NCBI RefSeq assembly: GCF_000039765.1
Contig: NC_004459.3
Location: 660,001 to 692,000 of the forward strand
Origin: Vibrio vulnificus CMCP6
GTDB taxonomy: Bacteria; Pseudomonadota; Gammaproteobacteria; Enterobacterales; Vibrionaceae
Length of the DNA: 32,000 bases
Direction of reading: 5' to 3'
The position numbers and the translations under genes are program-made. Within the stretch, counting starts at the first letter, position 1; every line of letters begins with the position of its first letter. Shown here one piece after another: positions 9,419 to 20,809 of this stretch. The notes under the pieces are model-generated. The model did no database searches, had not been told where the DNA came from, and saw only the letters and a list, made by a program, of their open reading frames with translations.

Positions 9419-11224
9419 TTATTTTTCTTTCTTTTCTGAATACATTTCTTCGATTTCGTCTTGATACTTGTCGTTGATCACCTTACGGCGCAATTTCTGC
9501 GTTGGCGTCAACTCACCTTCATCCATAGAAAACGCTTTTGGTAGCAACTTGAACTTCTTCACTTGTTCAAATTTCGCCAGCTCTTTCTGCAGATCGTTAA
9601 CGCGCTTCTCCAGCATTTCAACAACTTGGTGATGCTTAATCAGTTCAACGCGATCGTGATACTTAATATTGAGCTCTTTGGCGTACTCTTCCAAAGAGTC
9701 AAAACAAGGCACTATCAACGCTGAAACGAATTTGCGTGTATCAGCAATCACCGCGATTTGCTCAATAAAATGATCTTTACCAATCGCACCTTCAATCATC
9801 TGCGGGGCAATGTATTTTCCTCCAGACGTTTTCATCAGCTCTTTGATACGATCGGTAATGAACAGGTTGCCGTGCTCATCAATGTGACCCGCGTCGCCCG
9901 TTTTAAGGAAACCGTGTTCATCAAACGTTTTCTCCGTTTCTTCTGGGAGCTTGTAGTAACCACGCATCACCATCGGACCACGAACCAAAATTTCGTTGTT
10001 TTCGCCAATCTTTACTTGTGCGCCCGGCATCGACATGCCGATAGAATCAGGGTTAAAGCACTTGTCATCCCAGCATGAAATCGTTGCTGTGGTTTCGGTC
10101 ATGCCGTAGCCCAGCTTCACGTTGATACCAATCGCATGGAAGAAACGACCAATGGTTTCATCCAGTTTTGCACCACCACATGGCATAAAGTTGATGTTGC
10201 CACCCAGCAGGGCACGCAGTTTTGACAACACCAGCTTATCCGCCAACGCATGGGCTTTTTTCAGCATCAATGAAGGCTGGCGACCTTCTTGGTGACACAC
10301 GGACATCTTCGCGCCCATGTTCACCGCCCAGGTAAACATGATTTTGCGCATCAGCGGCGCACGAGAGACTTTCTCATGGATGGCAGAGAAGATCTTCTCG
10401 TAAAAGCGCGGCACGGCGCACATCACTGTTGGCTTGATATCACTCAGAGCGTCACGAACTTGCATGGTATCTTGCAAATAACAGTTCGTACCGCCTTTAT
10501 AAAGAACGTAAAAGGTCCAAGCGCGCTCAAAAACGTGTGATAACGGCAAGAAACAAAGCGAAACGTCGTTTTCTGTCAGGCTTAAGCGTCGATCATGTCC
10601 CTCTAATTGAGCGGCAATGTTGGCATAATCTAACATCACCCCTTTCGGCTGCCCCGTGGTGCCAGAGGTATAGATTAGCGTCAGCAAATCCTCAAAATTT
10701 GCCTGTTCTAAACGTCGTTCGAGCTCAGCACGGGCCTCTTGTTGACCTTGTTGAATGAAGGCTTTCCAATGGATCGCAAAGTGATGTTCGCCTAAATCAA
10801 TATCGTCTGACATGGCGACAATCAGGTTCAGTTGCTCACACTCATCGAAGATTTTCACTGCGGCGTCAAATTGTGGCTGTTCACCCACAAACAGAACTTT
10901 AACGTCGGCATTTTGCAGAATATAAGCCGCTTGAGCTGCCGTATTGGTTGGATAAATCGGGACCGTGACAGCACGTAATTGTAGGGCCGCAAAATCGGCC
11001 ACCGTCCACTGCGGCATGTTATTAGAAAAGATAGCGATCTTATCTTGGACTTCAATGCCCTGCGCAAGCAACGCTAGGGATAATTCATCAATTTGCTGAC
11101 CAAATTGCTTCCAGCTAATACCTTGCCAAACTGCACCAACTTTATGCTTGAGCGCAACTCGCTCCGCACCTTGTGCAATCTGCTTACGAATTCGTTTTAC
11201 GATGTGAAAATCTAAATTGGCCAT
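9419..11224 (-). CDS. AMP-dependent long-chain-fatty-acid--CoA ligase, FAA1/FadD15-like
   Basis: [19 protein letters not shown] (P-loop/A3) and [34 protein letters not shown] motifs. Likely start [15 protein letters not shown] at 11224, not the track's 11323. Confidence 0.92.
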   Translation of the reverse strand: MANLDFHIVKRIRKQIAQGAERVALKHKVGAVWQGISWKQFGQQIDELSLALLAQGIEVQDKIAIFSNNMPQWTVADFAALQLRAVTVPIYPTNTAAQAAYILQNADVKVLFVGEQPQFDAAVKIFDECEQLNLIVAMSDDIDLGEHHFAIHWKAFIQQGQQEARAELERRLEQANFEDLLTLIYTSGTTGQPKGVMLDYANIAAQLEGHDRRLSLTENDVSLCFLPLSHVFERAWTFYVLYKGGTNCYLQDTMQVRDALSDIKPTVMCAVPRFYEKIFSAIHEKVSRAPLMRKIMFTWAVNMGAKMSVCHQEGRQPSLMLKKAHALADKLVLSKLRALLGGNINFMPCGGAKLDETIGRFFHAIGINVKLGYGMTETTATISCWDDKCFNPDSIGMSMPGAQVKIGENNEILVRGPMVMRGYYKLPEETEKTFDEHGFLKTGDAGHIDEHGNLFITDRIKELMKTSGGKYIAPQMIEGAIGKDHFIEQIAVIADTRKFVSALIVPCFDSLEEYAKELNIKYHDRVELIKHHQVVEMLEKRVNDLQKELAKFEQVKKFKLLPKAFSMDEGELTPTQKLRRKVINDKYQDEIEEMYSEKKEK

Positions 11225-11350
11225 GTCTCTTACCTTTGGCTTACACATGTAAGCTCTATTTGCGGGCACAGTGTAGCGGTGGGAACAAAAAACGCAACTG
11301 ATGAGGGTCAAACTTATGCTCAATTAGAGAGAATCATCAATAACAAGATA

Positions 11351-11387
11351 AAAAAATGCCCTCATGGCCAAGGCTCAATGAGGGCAT
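11351..11387 (-). terminator. Rho-independent terminator downstream of leuO
   Basis: Minus strand ATGCCCTCAT...ATGAGGGCAT perfect 10-bp stem followed by TTTTT. Confidence 0.88.
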
Positions 11388-11411
11388 CCAATTTGTAACA
11401 GGCCGTGTCGG

Positions 11412-12371
11412 TTATACCGCAGCAACCACTTCGCCACATGTCACCATCAGCAGATCACGCAGCCAAATGTGGCCTTTGTCTTTTTCTGATGATTCGTGCC
11501 AGCTTAAGAAACCGCTGATTTCACGATTTTCAAATGGGAAGTCAAGAATCTGTAGCTGCGCGTTGTTTGCCGCATTTTCCACAATCCAGCGAGGAGCGAT
11601 CGTCACAAGCTCAGATTGACCAACCACATACAGAACGTTGCTCAAGCTTGTGCCTTCGAAATACGCTGCCACATCCAGATCGCGATACGCTTGCTCAGAG
11701 AAGCTGCGTTGGCCGTGAATGCGAGACAGTTTCGCGTGACGCTCTTGCATCAACTGCGCTTCTGTCACTTTACCTTGAATACGAGGATGCTGCTTAGACG
11801 TCACAACCACGAGTTCATCTTTGAAGATCTCTGTGCTTGAGAAGCCTTGCTCGTCAAAACGTGCGTAATCAATCACAAAGTCGATTTCTTGATAGCGCAT
11901 ACGCTCAGAGAGCATGCGATCAAACTCTGCATCCAAATGCAATTGTACATTAGGCGCTTTGTTATGAATGTCTGCCATAATGCGTGGTGCAAAACGCATA
12001 TCACATGGGCTGCAAATCGCCAGTTTGAACAGACGAGTTGAAGACTCAGGCTGGAATACAGAACTTGGTAATTCATTGCGGATCAATTGCAGCGCTTGGC
12101 GGACTGGACCAAATAATTGACGAGCACGCTGGGTCGGTTGAATACCACGCCCTTGACGCATGAAAAGCTCATCATTAAACATCACTTTTAAGCGAGCAAC
12201 CGCGTTGCTCACTGCAGGCTGTGACATGCCTAAATTATGTGCTGCGCGAGTAATATTTTGCTCTTGCATAACGGCATCAAATACCGTCAGTAGGTTGAGA
12301 TCCACTCCGCGTAAAGTACTTTCCATTCGATAGCTGGCAATCGCGCTCATCGCATCTTTTTTATCTAACAT
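11412..12371 (-). CDS. leuO: LysR-family transcriptional regulator LeuO
   Basis: LRGVDLNLLTVFDAVMQEQNITRAAHNLGMSQPAVSNAVARLKVMFNDELFMRQGRG, a LysR HTH with LeuO/NodD-type features, located in the ilvIH/leuABCD neighbourhood. Confidence 0.88.
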   Translation of the reverse strand: MLDKKDAMSAIASYRMESTLRGVDLNLLTVFDAVMQEQNITRAAHNLGMSQPAVSNAVARLKVMFNDELFMRQGRGIQPTQRARQLFGPVRQALQLIRNELPSSVFQPESSTRLFKLAICSPCDMRFAPRIMADIHNKAPNVQLHLDAEFDRMLSERMRYQEIDFVIDYARFDEQGFSSTEIFKDELVVVTSKQHPRIQGKVTEAQLMQERHAKLSRIHGQRSFSEQAYRDLDVAAYFEGTSLSNVLYVVGQSELVTIAPRWIVENAANNAQLQILDFPFENREISGFLSWHESSEKDKGHIWLRDLLMVTCGEVVAAV

Positions 12372-12723
12372 CTAGTGCGCCTCTCGTGTAACGGTCAACA
12401 AATTTGAATTTGATAGTCAGGAATAGATAACCTGTATTTCTTATATTTATCGCCCTCATCACTCTCAGGGCGCAGCTCACTATCATTGAATTCATTGATG
12501 TTTAGCAACTAGATTGATAATTAATCACAATATTTTAGCCAATTATCATTTTTGTTGATTAAAAACATATATTTAAGTAAAACCTAAAAAACTATAAAAA
12601 ACAGAAATACCCTCATAAGTAGCAATTATTGAGCTAAGTGATGTCTCATCACTTAACCCCCTTAAAGCATTTGCTGCAACTATTGTTTGACCACAAAACC
12701 CAACAATCTCGTCAATATTAGCG

Positions 12724-13770
12724 CTATGAAATTGACACGTAACTGGGAAAGTCGACTTGTTGCCATAGTTGCTCACACAGCGATTGATGACATGACCAGT
12801 CTCCTTTGAGTATCCATTCGACGATCGCTGGCGCTACTTGAGGATAAGTGACTTTTTCCGCCAACGCGTCTTGCAACCAACGCCGCACAACCTGACTGTC
12901 CAAGGTGTCCATCACCGTCGCTAAGCCAAGAGTTTCTAAGGTCGCCACGTTGCTTTGTTGCTCAAATTGCCCTTCAAGTGGTTTCACTAATAATTTTTTA
13001 CCTAAGGTCAACGCTTCTGAAGGAAGCTCAAAACCACCATTCGCGATCACCCCTTTACAACGATGTAAATCTAATTGAAATGAATGATGATCGAGCGCAC
13101 GGAGTGAAATATTGCCTTCCATTTCTTCCGCGAGTACATCTGGGTGATAACAGATGAATGACTGCGATTTAAAACGCCACAACAACTCGCAAATGGATTC
13201 CAACTGTTCAAAGGGTAAATAAACCAGAATCGCATCGATTTGCTCGGTTTGGTAACAAAGCGTGTGAACAATCGGCGGTAAGATCGGTTGATCAAAATGG
13301 TACCAATGCAAACCTAAATGAATGTTAGCAGGAGCAAAATGACGCAGTACTTGCTTATCGAGCCATGATGCCCCCCGCAATGGCACAGAATAACGAAACG
13401 CATTTTGATGACTAAGCCCAATGCAGGGCTTGTTTTGTCGTTTAGCAGCCCACGCCGAAACGGGCTCGAAGTCACTGATCACCAAATCATACTGACTAAG
13501 ATCTTGCTGCTGCACTTCTTGCTTCAGAGTCAATAAACTGTTTTCGAGCGCAGTTTGCCAATAATCCACACGGCCATTTTTCGTCGCAAAGGTGAGCCCT
13601 CGACACGTTTTGTACTGGCCAAAGGCTTCCATGGAGAAATAGCGCTTCGGGTCTCGACCAGAAAAAAGAAAATCCACTTGGCAATGCTGCGCCGCAAAAG
13701 CGTTTGCCATTGCCCGAGCACGGGCGATATGACCATTCCCCGTGCCTTGTACGCCATACAGAATTTTCAT
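12724..13770 (-). CDS. MJ1255/VC2487-family glycosyltransferase (GT-B-like)
   Basis: 348 aa; MKILYGVQGTGNGHIARARAMANAF N-terminus and IANGGFELPSEALTLGKKLLVKPLEGQFEQQSNVATLETLG donor-site-like C-terminal motif. Confidence 0.82.
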   Translation of the reverse strand: MKILYGVQGTGNGHIARARAMANAFAAQHCQVDFLFSGRDPKRYFSMEAFGQYKTCRGLTFATKNGRVDYWQTALENSLLTLKQEVQQQDLSQYDLVISDFEPVSAWAAKRQNKPCIGLSHQNAFRYSVPLRGASWLDKQVLRHFAPANIHLGLHWYHFDQPILPPIVHTLCYQTEQIDAILVYLPFEQLESICELLWRFKSQSFICYHPDVLAEEMEGNISLRALDHHSFQLDLHRCKGVIANGGFELPSEALTLGKKLLVKPLEGQFEQQSNVATLETLGLATVMDTLDSQVVRRWLQDALAEKVTYPQVAPAIVEWILKGDWSCHQSLCEQLWQQVDFPSYVSIS

Positions 13771-13774
13771 AGGC

Positions 13775-14332
13775 TCACTCCATCACAAGAATCAAGGCCA
13801 AAGTGGCACAGGCATGACCGAGCAGAGCACCAATCACAATGTCACTAAAAAAATGCACGCCCAGTAAAATGCGTGACAACCCGATCAGGGTCGCCCAGCT
13901 AAACGCAAACCATGTCAACTCTGGGAAGAAGTAACTTGTGATGGTGGCCATGACAAACCCTGCGGCGGTGTGACCAGAGGGCAAACTGTAGCGATCTGAA
14001 GGGGTGATAAAAGCGGGCAAATAGGCACTGTACTCTTCTGGGCGACGGCGCTTGAAACTGTTTTTGAGCCCCCAATAAATGGGCAACTCGATGACAAAGG
14101 CCAGCAAACCACAGAGCAAAAACCACGTTCCTAGTGAAGGAATAGCCAGCCATGCGGCCAGTCCAATCAAGGCGTAAAGGTGCCCATCGCCACTGTGGGA
14201 AATCGCTTTGCTGATGGTTGCCACTTGGTAATTGAATCTATGTTTTAAGCAAAAGCTAGAAAGCGCAAAGTCAAAGTCTGCAATACGTTGTATCGGCAGA
14301 CGCAGCGTGTTGATCGATTTCATTGTTGCCAT
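13775..14332 (-). CDS. PAP2-superfamily membrane phosphatase
   Basis: PAP2 signature spread over KRRRPEEY...RYSLPSGHTAAGFVMA...GLSRILLGVHFFSDIVIG, with multiple TM helices. Only 4 nt upstream of the glycosyltransferase start. Confidence 0.9.
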   Translation of the reverse strand: MATMKSINTLRLPIQRIADFDFALSSFCLKHRFNYQVATISKAISHSGDGHLYALIGLAAWLAIPSLGTWFLLCGLLAFVIELPIYWGLKNSFKRRRPEEYSAYLPAFITPSDRYSLPSGHTAAGFVMATITSYFFPELTWFAFSWATLIGLSRILLGVHFFSDIVIGALLGHACATLALILVME

Positions 14333-14484
14333 CCTGAATGTCGTTCTCCTGCTACTAAGCTAGGAAACCAGAGTGACAATCCCATGAAAGGAATTTGGCG
14401 ATTTAGTGACAACGCCCAGAATCCTTGATAAGGCTTGGGCGATCAAGAAGATAGCGAGAGGGACAAAGGAAGAGGAGAAGAACG

Positions 14485-14511
14485 AAGAGAGCACGAACAG
14501 AGTGCTCTCTT
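14485..14511. terminator. Hairpin downstream of the SH3 lipoprotein gene; possible terminator
   Basis: AAGAGAGCAC-GAACAGA-GTGCTCTCTT; 10-bp stem but no proper U-tract. Confidence 0.4.
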
Positions 14512-14548
14512 TGCGATCAATAAAGAGAAGAAATCGCCATCGCGAAAA

Positions 14549-15316
14549 TTAACTGGGATCGATTGACTGTATATACCAAATGTTTTTGTCTTTTCGACAT
14601 GCCATCAAATTGCCTGAGCGAGCCTGATTGGCACCATTGAGCTGATACTGTAAATCACGACATTGATAACTGCCTGTCCACAATATTTTTTGGCTTGCTG
14701 ATCGGGTTTTCGGCGTTAATGCTGCATTGGGCTTCACCGATAAAATGTCACGCGGTTCGATACGGCTTTGCACATAACCTTGATGTACATAGCCTTCAAT
14801 CATTCCCTGTCTCTCGACTAACAACCAAGGTGCGCCGGGGACTTTTGCCAACGCGATGAAGACATCTCCCGTTTGCAGCTGCCCTACTTTATTTGATTTC
14901 GCAGATGGAGCTGAGCGTAGGTTAACCACCGTGGTGGCACTGAATGGCAAATCCAGTAGAGACAGTTCCCCTTTTAATGTTACTCCGGGGTAAACGTCAG
15001 TCCCGACAAGAAACGTTTTGGTTTTAGGATCAGAAGAAGCAATACGCCATTGTGACGCCTTCAACCCTTCTTTCTCCTCCCCACCAGCCATTTCAGAACT
15101 CTCGCTTTCCAACAAAGTCGCCATTGCGGTTAGGAAGGTTTTCTGTTCCTGAGAGCTCAACGTCAACTCAAGCTGCTGTTGTAATACTTCTGCATTTTTA
15201 GATAATTGTGCCGAAGAGACACTGCTTACTTTTCTTTCGGTACTGGTTGATTGACAGCCAAGTAACGTCCAGCAGCTCAATGTTAACACTGCATACCAAG
15301 CCGATTTATTAGACAT
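14549..15316 (-). CDS. Predicted lipoprotein with bacterial SH3-like domain
   Basis: MSNKSAWYAVLTLSCWTLLGCQS (lipobox LLGC) then VVNLRSAPSAKSNKVGQLQTGDVFIALAKVPGAPWLLVE...GYVHQGYV. The ATG at 15314-15316 follows AAGGGAGAAG. Confidence 0.82.
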   Translation of the reverse strand: MSNKSAWYAVLTLSCWTLLGCQSTSTERKVSSVSSAQLSKNAEVLQQQLELTLSSQEQKTFLTAMATLLESESSEMAGGEEKEGLKASQWRIASSDPKTKTFLVGTDVYPGVTLKGELSLLDLPFSATTVVNLRSAPSAKSNKVGQLQTGDVFIALAKVPGAPWLLVERQGMIEGYVHQGYVQSRIEPRDILSVKPNAALTPKTRSASQKILWTGSYQCRDLQYQLNGANQARSGNLMACRKDKNIWYIQSIDPS

Positions 15317-15568
15317 TATCTTCTCCCTTCTCTTCATCACTTAAACTCTTGTTCCATCGAGCGCTAAGCGCCAGCCAACCCGGAATAATCGGTACACCTT
15401 CATTTTCTTAGTGCCCAATAGTGCTAGGCGAACACCGTTTCGGGCAAGTATTAGAAAAGTATGAAAGCAAACGCTTTAGCAGTGATGTCACATTACGTAG
15501 CGACAACTCGTTAACTCTCTCACTTAATCTTTGCTATCCAATAATCGCCGAGAGCAGAAATGCCACAG

Positions 15569-15605
15569 ACAACGACGTCACTAGAGGGCTCTGACGTTGT
15601 TTTTT
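15569..15605 (+). terminator. Orphan Rho-independent terminator in the SH3-lipoprotein/leuL intergenic region
   Basis: ACAACGACGTCA-CTAGAGGGCTC-TGACGTTGT (9-bp stem with a 3-nt bulge) followed by TTTTT. No annotated plus-strand gene lies upstream. Confidence 0.6.
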
Positions 15606-15666
15606 CCAACAAATCGTATTTTTATCGCTCAACTGATCGGATATGAATAAAAAATCAACTTTAGGG

Positions 15667-15696
15667 TTGACGCGCCACACTGAGTGCGGTACTAAT
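15667..15696 (+). promoter_or_regulatory. Candidate sigma70 promoter of the leuLABCD operon
   Basis: TTGACG - 17 nt - TACTAAT, about 35 nt upstream of the leader ATG. Confidence 0.4.
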
Positions 15697-15729
15697 CTGT
15701 TAACTTAATTTTGTGGAATGCTTAACAAG

Positions 15730-15792
15730 ATGACAGCACATTTTTCTTTCCTACTGAACCTCCTCCTCATCGTGACAAGATCGCGCGGGTAG
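15730..15792 (+). CDS. leuL: leu operon leader peptide (20 aa), not in the supplied ORF track
   Basis: ATG ACA GCA CAT TTT TCT TTC CTA CTG AAC CTC CTC CTC ATC GTG ACA AGA TCG CGC GGG TAG = [20 protein letters not shown]. Five Leu codons in six, followed by an attenuator-like terminator. Confidence 0.88.
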   Translation: MTAHFSFLLNLLLIVTRSRG

Positions 15793-15829
15793 GCTGTGGA
15801 AGAAAAATAAACCACACAGAATAACAACT

Positions 15830-15856
15830 AGCCCGCACATCGATGCGGGCTTTTTT
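15830..15856 (+). terminator. leu operon transcription attenuator (terminator hairpin)
   Basis: AGCCCGCA-CATCGA-TGCGGGCT followed by TTTTT, about 60 nt before leuA. Upstream GCGGG (15785-15789) could pair with CCCGC (15832-15836) as antiterminator. Confidence 0.88.
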
Positions 15857-15916
15857 ATATCCAAACACAACATTGACCAGAAGAAATCGATTAACTATCG
15901 AGAAAAGGAAGCGAAC

Positions 15917-17464
15917 ATGAACGATCAGGTAATTATATTCGACACCACGTTACGTGATGGCGAACAAGCGTTATCAGCGAGCCTAACGGTAAAAGAGAAG
16001 TTGCAGATTGCTTATGCGCTTGAACGACTTGGCGTTGATGTGATCGAAGCAGGCTTCCCGGTTTCTTCTCCTGGTGATTTTGAGTCCGTACAAACCATCG
16101 CTCGTAATATTAAAAACAGCCGCGTATGTGCCCTTTCTCGCGCCGTAGAAAAAGACATTGATGCCGCCGCTGAAGCCTTGAAAGTGGCAGAAGCATTTCG
16201 TATCCACACTTTTATTTCCACCTCGACCATTCACGTGCAAGACAAATTACGTCGTAGCTACGATGATGTCGTTGAAATGGGCGTTAGAGCAGTAAAACAT
16301 GCTCGCAAATACACGGACGATGTGGAATTTTCTTGCGAAGATGCCGGACGTACGCCTATCGACAATCTTTGCCGCATGGTAGAAGCCGCGATAAATGCGG
16401 GCGCGCGTACCATCAATATCCCAGACACCGTGGGCTACACCGTACCAAGCGAATTTGGCGGCATTATCCAAACCCTATTTAACCGCGTACCGAACATCGA
16501 CAAAGCGATCATTTCAGTTCACTGTCACGATGATTTAGGCATGTCTGTCGCCAACTCCATTGCTGCTGTTCAAGCTGGAGCTCGTCAGGTCGAAGGGACA
16601 ATCAATGGCATTGGTGAACGAGCGGGTAACTGCTCTCTAGAAGAGATCGCCATGATCATCAAAACTCGTCAAGAGTTACTAGGGGTTCGAACAGGCATCA
16701 ACCACGAAGAAATCCATCGTACCAGTAAGTTGGTCAGCCAACTTTGCAACATGCCAATCCAAGCCAATAAAGCCATTGTCGGTGCCAATGCCTTTAGCCA
16801 CTCTTCCGGTATCCACCAAGATGGCATGCTAAAGAATAAGAACACTTACGAAATCATGACGCCTGAGTCGATTGGCCTGAAGAACCAAGCGCTGAACCTA
16901 ACCAGTCGCAGTGGCCGTGCTGCGGTGAAGAGCCACATGGATGCCATGGGCTATAAGGAAGATGAGTACAACTTAGATGCGCTATACCAAGATTTCCTAA
17001 AACTAGCGGATCGCAAAGGACAAGTCTTCGACTATGACCTAGAAGCACTGATGCACTTCTCTAACCTGCGCGAAGAAGATGATTATTACAAGCTGAACTA
17101 CCTAAGCGTGCAATCAGGCAGCGTGATGGCGACCACCAGCATTAAACTGTTGTGTGGCGATGAAGAGAAATGCGAAGCAGCCGTTGGTAATGGTCCTGTC
17201 GATGCGTTATACCAATGTATCTACCGTCTGACGGGCTACGACATCGTATTGGACAAGTTCGATCTCACTGCCAAAGGGGAAGGTGAAGACGGCTTAGGCC
17301 AAGCAGACATTATCGCCAATTACAAAGGCCGTAAGTACCACGGTACGGGTATCTCAACGGATATCGTTGAAGCATCAGGTCAGGCATTGCTGCACGTTAT
17401 CAACAGCATTCATCGTGCCGACGAAATTGCCGAAATGAAACAGAAAAAGATCGCAACCGTATAA
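15917..17464 (+). CDS. leuA: 2-isopropylmalate synthase
   Basis: [55 protein letters not shown]...; HSSGIHQDG motif. Confidence 0.98.
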   Translation: MNDQVIIFDTTLRDGEQALSASLTVKEKLQIAYALERLGVDVIEAGFPVSSPGDFESVQTIARNIKNSRVCALSRAVEKDIDAAAEALKVAEAFRIHTFISTSTIHVQDKLRRSYDDVVEMGVRAVKHARKYTDDVEFSCEDAGRTPIDNLCRMVEAAINAGARTINIPDTVGYTVPSEFGGIIQTLFNRVPNIDKAIISVHCHDDLGMSVANSIAAVQAGARQVEGTINGIGERAGNCSLEEIAMIIKTRQELLGVRTGINHEEIHRTSKLVSQLCNMPIQANKAIVGANAFSHSSGIHQDGMLKNKNTYEIMTPESIGLKNQALNLTSRSGRAAVKSHMDAMGYKEDEYNLDALYQDFLKLADRKGQVFDYDLEALMHFSNLREEDDYYKLNYLSVQSGSVMATTSIKLLCGDEEKCEAAVGNGPVDALYQCIYRLTGYDIVLDKFDLTAKGEGEDGLGQADIIANYKGRKYHGTGISTDIVEASGQALLHVINSIHRADEIAEMKQKKIATV

Positions 17465-17469
17465 CTGTA

Positions 17470-17495
17470 TTCCGAGCACTTCATTGTGCTTGGAA
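17470..17495 (+). other. Intercistronic hairpin between leuA and leuB
   Basis: TTCCGAGCAC-TTCATT-GTGCTTGGAA: 10-bp stem with one G-U, no U-tract. Confidence 0.5.
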
Positions 17496-17541
17496 CGCCC
17501 ATAATTCACTGCAACACAGCACAATAAAATTCAATAATTAA

Positions 17542-18642
<1,101 letters not shown>

Positions 18643-18661
18643 AAACACGGAAGTTCGAGCA

Positions 18662-20062
18662 ATGGGCAAAACACTATACGAAAAAGTTTATGAAGCACAC
18701 GTCGCGGTTGCCGCAGAAGGTGAGACGCCGATCCTATATATCGACCGTCATTTAGTGCATGAAGTGACTTCTCCACAAGCGTTTGATGGCTTACGTGAAA
18801 AGGGGCGCCAAGTGCGTCAAGTGAGCAAAACGTTCGCGACCATGGATCATAACGTATCCACCACCACCAAAGACATAAATGCGTCTGGTGAAATGGCCCG
18901 TATTCAGATGGAAACCCTGATCAAAAACTGTCAGGAATTCGGCGTCACCTTGTACGACATCAACCATAAATATCAAGGCATTGTGCATGTTATGGGGCCA
19001 GAATTGGGCATCACTTTACCAGGCATGACCATTGTCTGTGGTGATTCTCACACCGCAACACACGGTGCGTTTGGTTCGCTGGCATTTGGTATTGGTACTT
19101 CTGAAGTCGAGCACGTGCTGGCAACACAAACCCTTAAGCAAGCGCGCGCCAAAACCATGAAAATCGAAGTTCAAGGCAAAGTCGCTGACGGTATCACCGC
19201 CAAGGACATCGTCCTTGCCATCATTGGCAAAACCACCGCAGCGGGTGGAACGGGCTATGTGGTGGAGTTCTGTGGTGAAGCAATTACAGACCTTTCCATG
19301 GAAGGCCGCATGACCGTGTGCAATATGGCAATTGAGTTGGGTGCCAAAGCAGGCTTGATCGCACCAGACCAGACCACCTTCGACTACATCAAAGGTCGTA
19401 AATTCGCGCCAACTGGCGCAGATTGGGATGCGGCGGTTGAATACTGGAAAACACTCAAAACCGATGAAGACGCTAAATTTGATGCCGTGGTGACGCTAAA
19501 CGCTGCCGATATCAAACCTCAAGTGACTTGGGGCACGAACCCAGGCCAGGTGATTGCCGTGGATGAGCCCATTCCAGCACCAGAAAGCTTCAGCGATCCC
19601 GTTGAAAAAGCGTCCGCTGAAAAAGCACTGGCGTACATGGGACTGGAAGCAGGTAAATCGCTGTCCGAATACAAAGTCGACAAAGTCTTTGTCGGCTCTT
19701 GCACAAACTCACGTATCGAAGATATGCGCGCCGCCGCTGTCGTCGCCAAAGGGCGCAAAGTGGCATCACACGTTCAAGCGCTGATTGTTCCGGGGTCTGA
19801 GCAAGTCAAAGCGCAAGCCGAAGCCGAAGGTTTGGATGTCATTTTCAAAGAAGCGGGTTTTGAATGGCGCCTACCTGGTTGCTCTATGTGCCTGGCAATG
19901 AACAATGATCGTCTAGGGCCACATGAGCGCTGTGCGTCAACGTCAAACCGTAACTTTGAAGGCCGCCAAGGTCGTGATGGTCGTACGCATCTAGTCAGTC
20001 CAGCCATGGCTGCCGCGGCGGCAATTGCTGGTCATTTTGTTGATATTCGAGATTGGAAATAA
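18662..20062 (+). CDS. leuC: 3-isopropylmalate dehydratase large subunit
   Basis: [16 protein letters not shown]...[35 protein letters not shown]...[13 protein letters not shown]. Confidence 0.98.
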   Translation: MGKTLYEKVYEAHVAVAAEGETPILYIDRHLVHEVTSPQAFDGLREKGRQVRQVSKTFATMDHNVSTTTKDINASGEMARIQMETLIKNCQEFGVTLYDINHKYQGIVHVMGPELGITLPGMTIVCGDSHTATHGAFGSLAFGIGTSEVEHVLATQTLKQARAKTMKIEVQGKVADGITAKDIVLAIIGKTTAAGGTGYVVEFCGEAITDLSMEGRMTVCNMAIELGAKAGLIAPDQTTFDYIKGRKFAPTGADWDAAVEYWKTLKTDEDAKFDAVVTLNAADIKPQVTWGTNPGQVIAVDEPIPAPESFSDPVEKASAEKALAYMGLEAGKSLSEYKVDKVFVGSCTNSRIEDMRAAAVVAKGRKVASHVQALIVPGSEQVKAQAEAEGLDVIFKEAGFEWRLPGCSMCLAMNNDRLGPHERCASTSNRNFEGRQGRDGRTHLVSPAMAAAAAIAGHFVDIRDWK

Positions 20063-20073
20063 GGGGAACACAC

Positions 20074-20676
20074 ATGCAAGGTTTTAAACAACACACCGGT
20101 TTGGTGGTTCCTCTTGATGCGGCGAACGTGGATACCGATGCGATCATTCCCAAGCAGTTTCTACAAAAAGTCTCTCGCTTAGGTTTTGGCAAACACCTCT
20201 TCCATGATTGGCGTTTTCTTGATGATGCGGGCGAACAACCCAATCCAGAATTTGTCATGAACCACGCGCGTTACCAAGGTGCCTCTATCCTGCTGGCACG
20301 AGAGAACTTCGGTTGTGGCTCTTCACGTGAGCACGCCCCTTGGGCACTGGCTGACTATGGCATTCGTGCGATGATTGCACCGAGTTTTGCCGATATTTTC
20401 TACAGCAACTCGATCAATAACCAAATGGTGCCTGTTCGTTTAACCGAACAAGAAGTCGATGAACTGTTCCAATATGTGCAAGCGACGGAAGGGGCACAAA
20501 TCGAAGTGGATCTTGAAGCGTTGAAAGTGCGCGCAAATGACAAAGAATACTCATTTGGGATCGATGACTTTCGCCGTCACTGTTTGTTGAATGGTTTAGA
20601 CCACATTGGTTTGACCCTACAACATGAGGACAAGATCGCCGCTTTTGAAGCAGATATTCCCGCGTTTCTGCGCTAA
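20074..20676 (+). CDS. leuD: 3-isopropylmalate dehydratase small subunit
   Basis: [35 protein letters not shown]...[14 protein letters not shown]. Start ATG at 20074 rather than the track's 20053. Confidence 0.97.
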   Translation: MQGFKQHTGLVVPLDAANVDTDAIIPKQFLQKVSRLGFGKHLFHDWRFLDDAGEQPNPEFVMNHARYQGASILLARENFGCGSSREHAPWALADYGIRAMIAPSFADIFYSNSINNQMVPVRLTEQEVDELFQYVQATEGAQIEVDLEALKVRANDKEYSFGIDDFRRHCLLNGLDHIGLTLQHEDKIAAFEADIPAFLR

Positions 20677-20698
20677 TTTCTGCATTGAGTTAGATAAC

Positions 20699-20724
20699 AA
20701 TGGGAATAGCATGCTATTCCCATT
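20699..20724 (+). terminator. Terminator after leuABCD; 26-bp perfect palindrome
   Basis: AATGGGAATAGCATGCTATTCCCATT is its own reverse complement and is followed by TTGTTT. Confidence 0.85.
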
Positions 20725-20809
20725 TTGTTTGCTGGCGATGAAATTGATCGTCGTTTGTCACGGTCCTATATCAAACTAAAACACTATGCTTTGTAGAGGA
20801 TATTCCCCG

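Noticed and set aside
12573-12776. Minus-strand ORF of 67 aa (MSNYGNKSTFPVTCQF...) just after the glycosyltransferase
   Set aside because: It overlaps the glycosyltransferase 3' end in another frame and extends into AT-rich intergenic DNA; no recognisable motif or clear Shine-Dalgarno.
15983-16471. Minus-strand ORFs 15983..16240, 16012..16230, 16247..16471 inside leuA
   Set aside because: Antisense to conserved leuA codons; no independent support.
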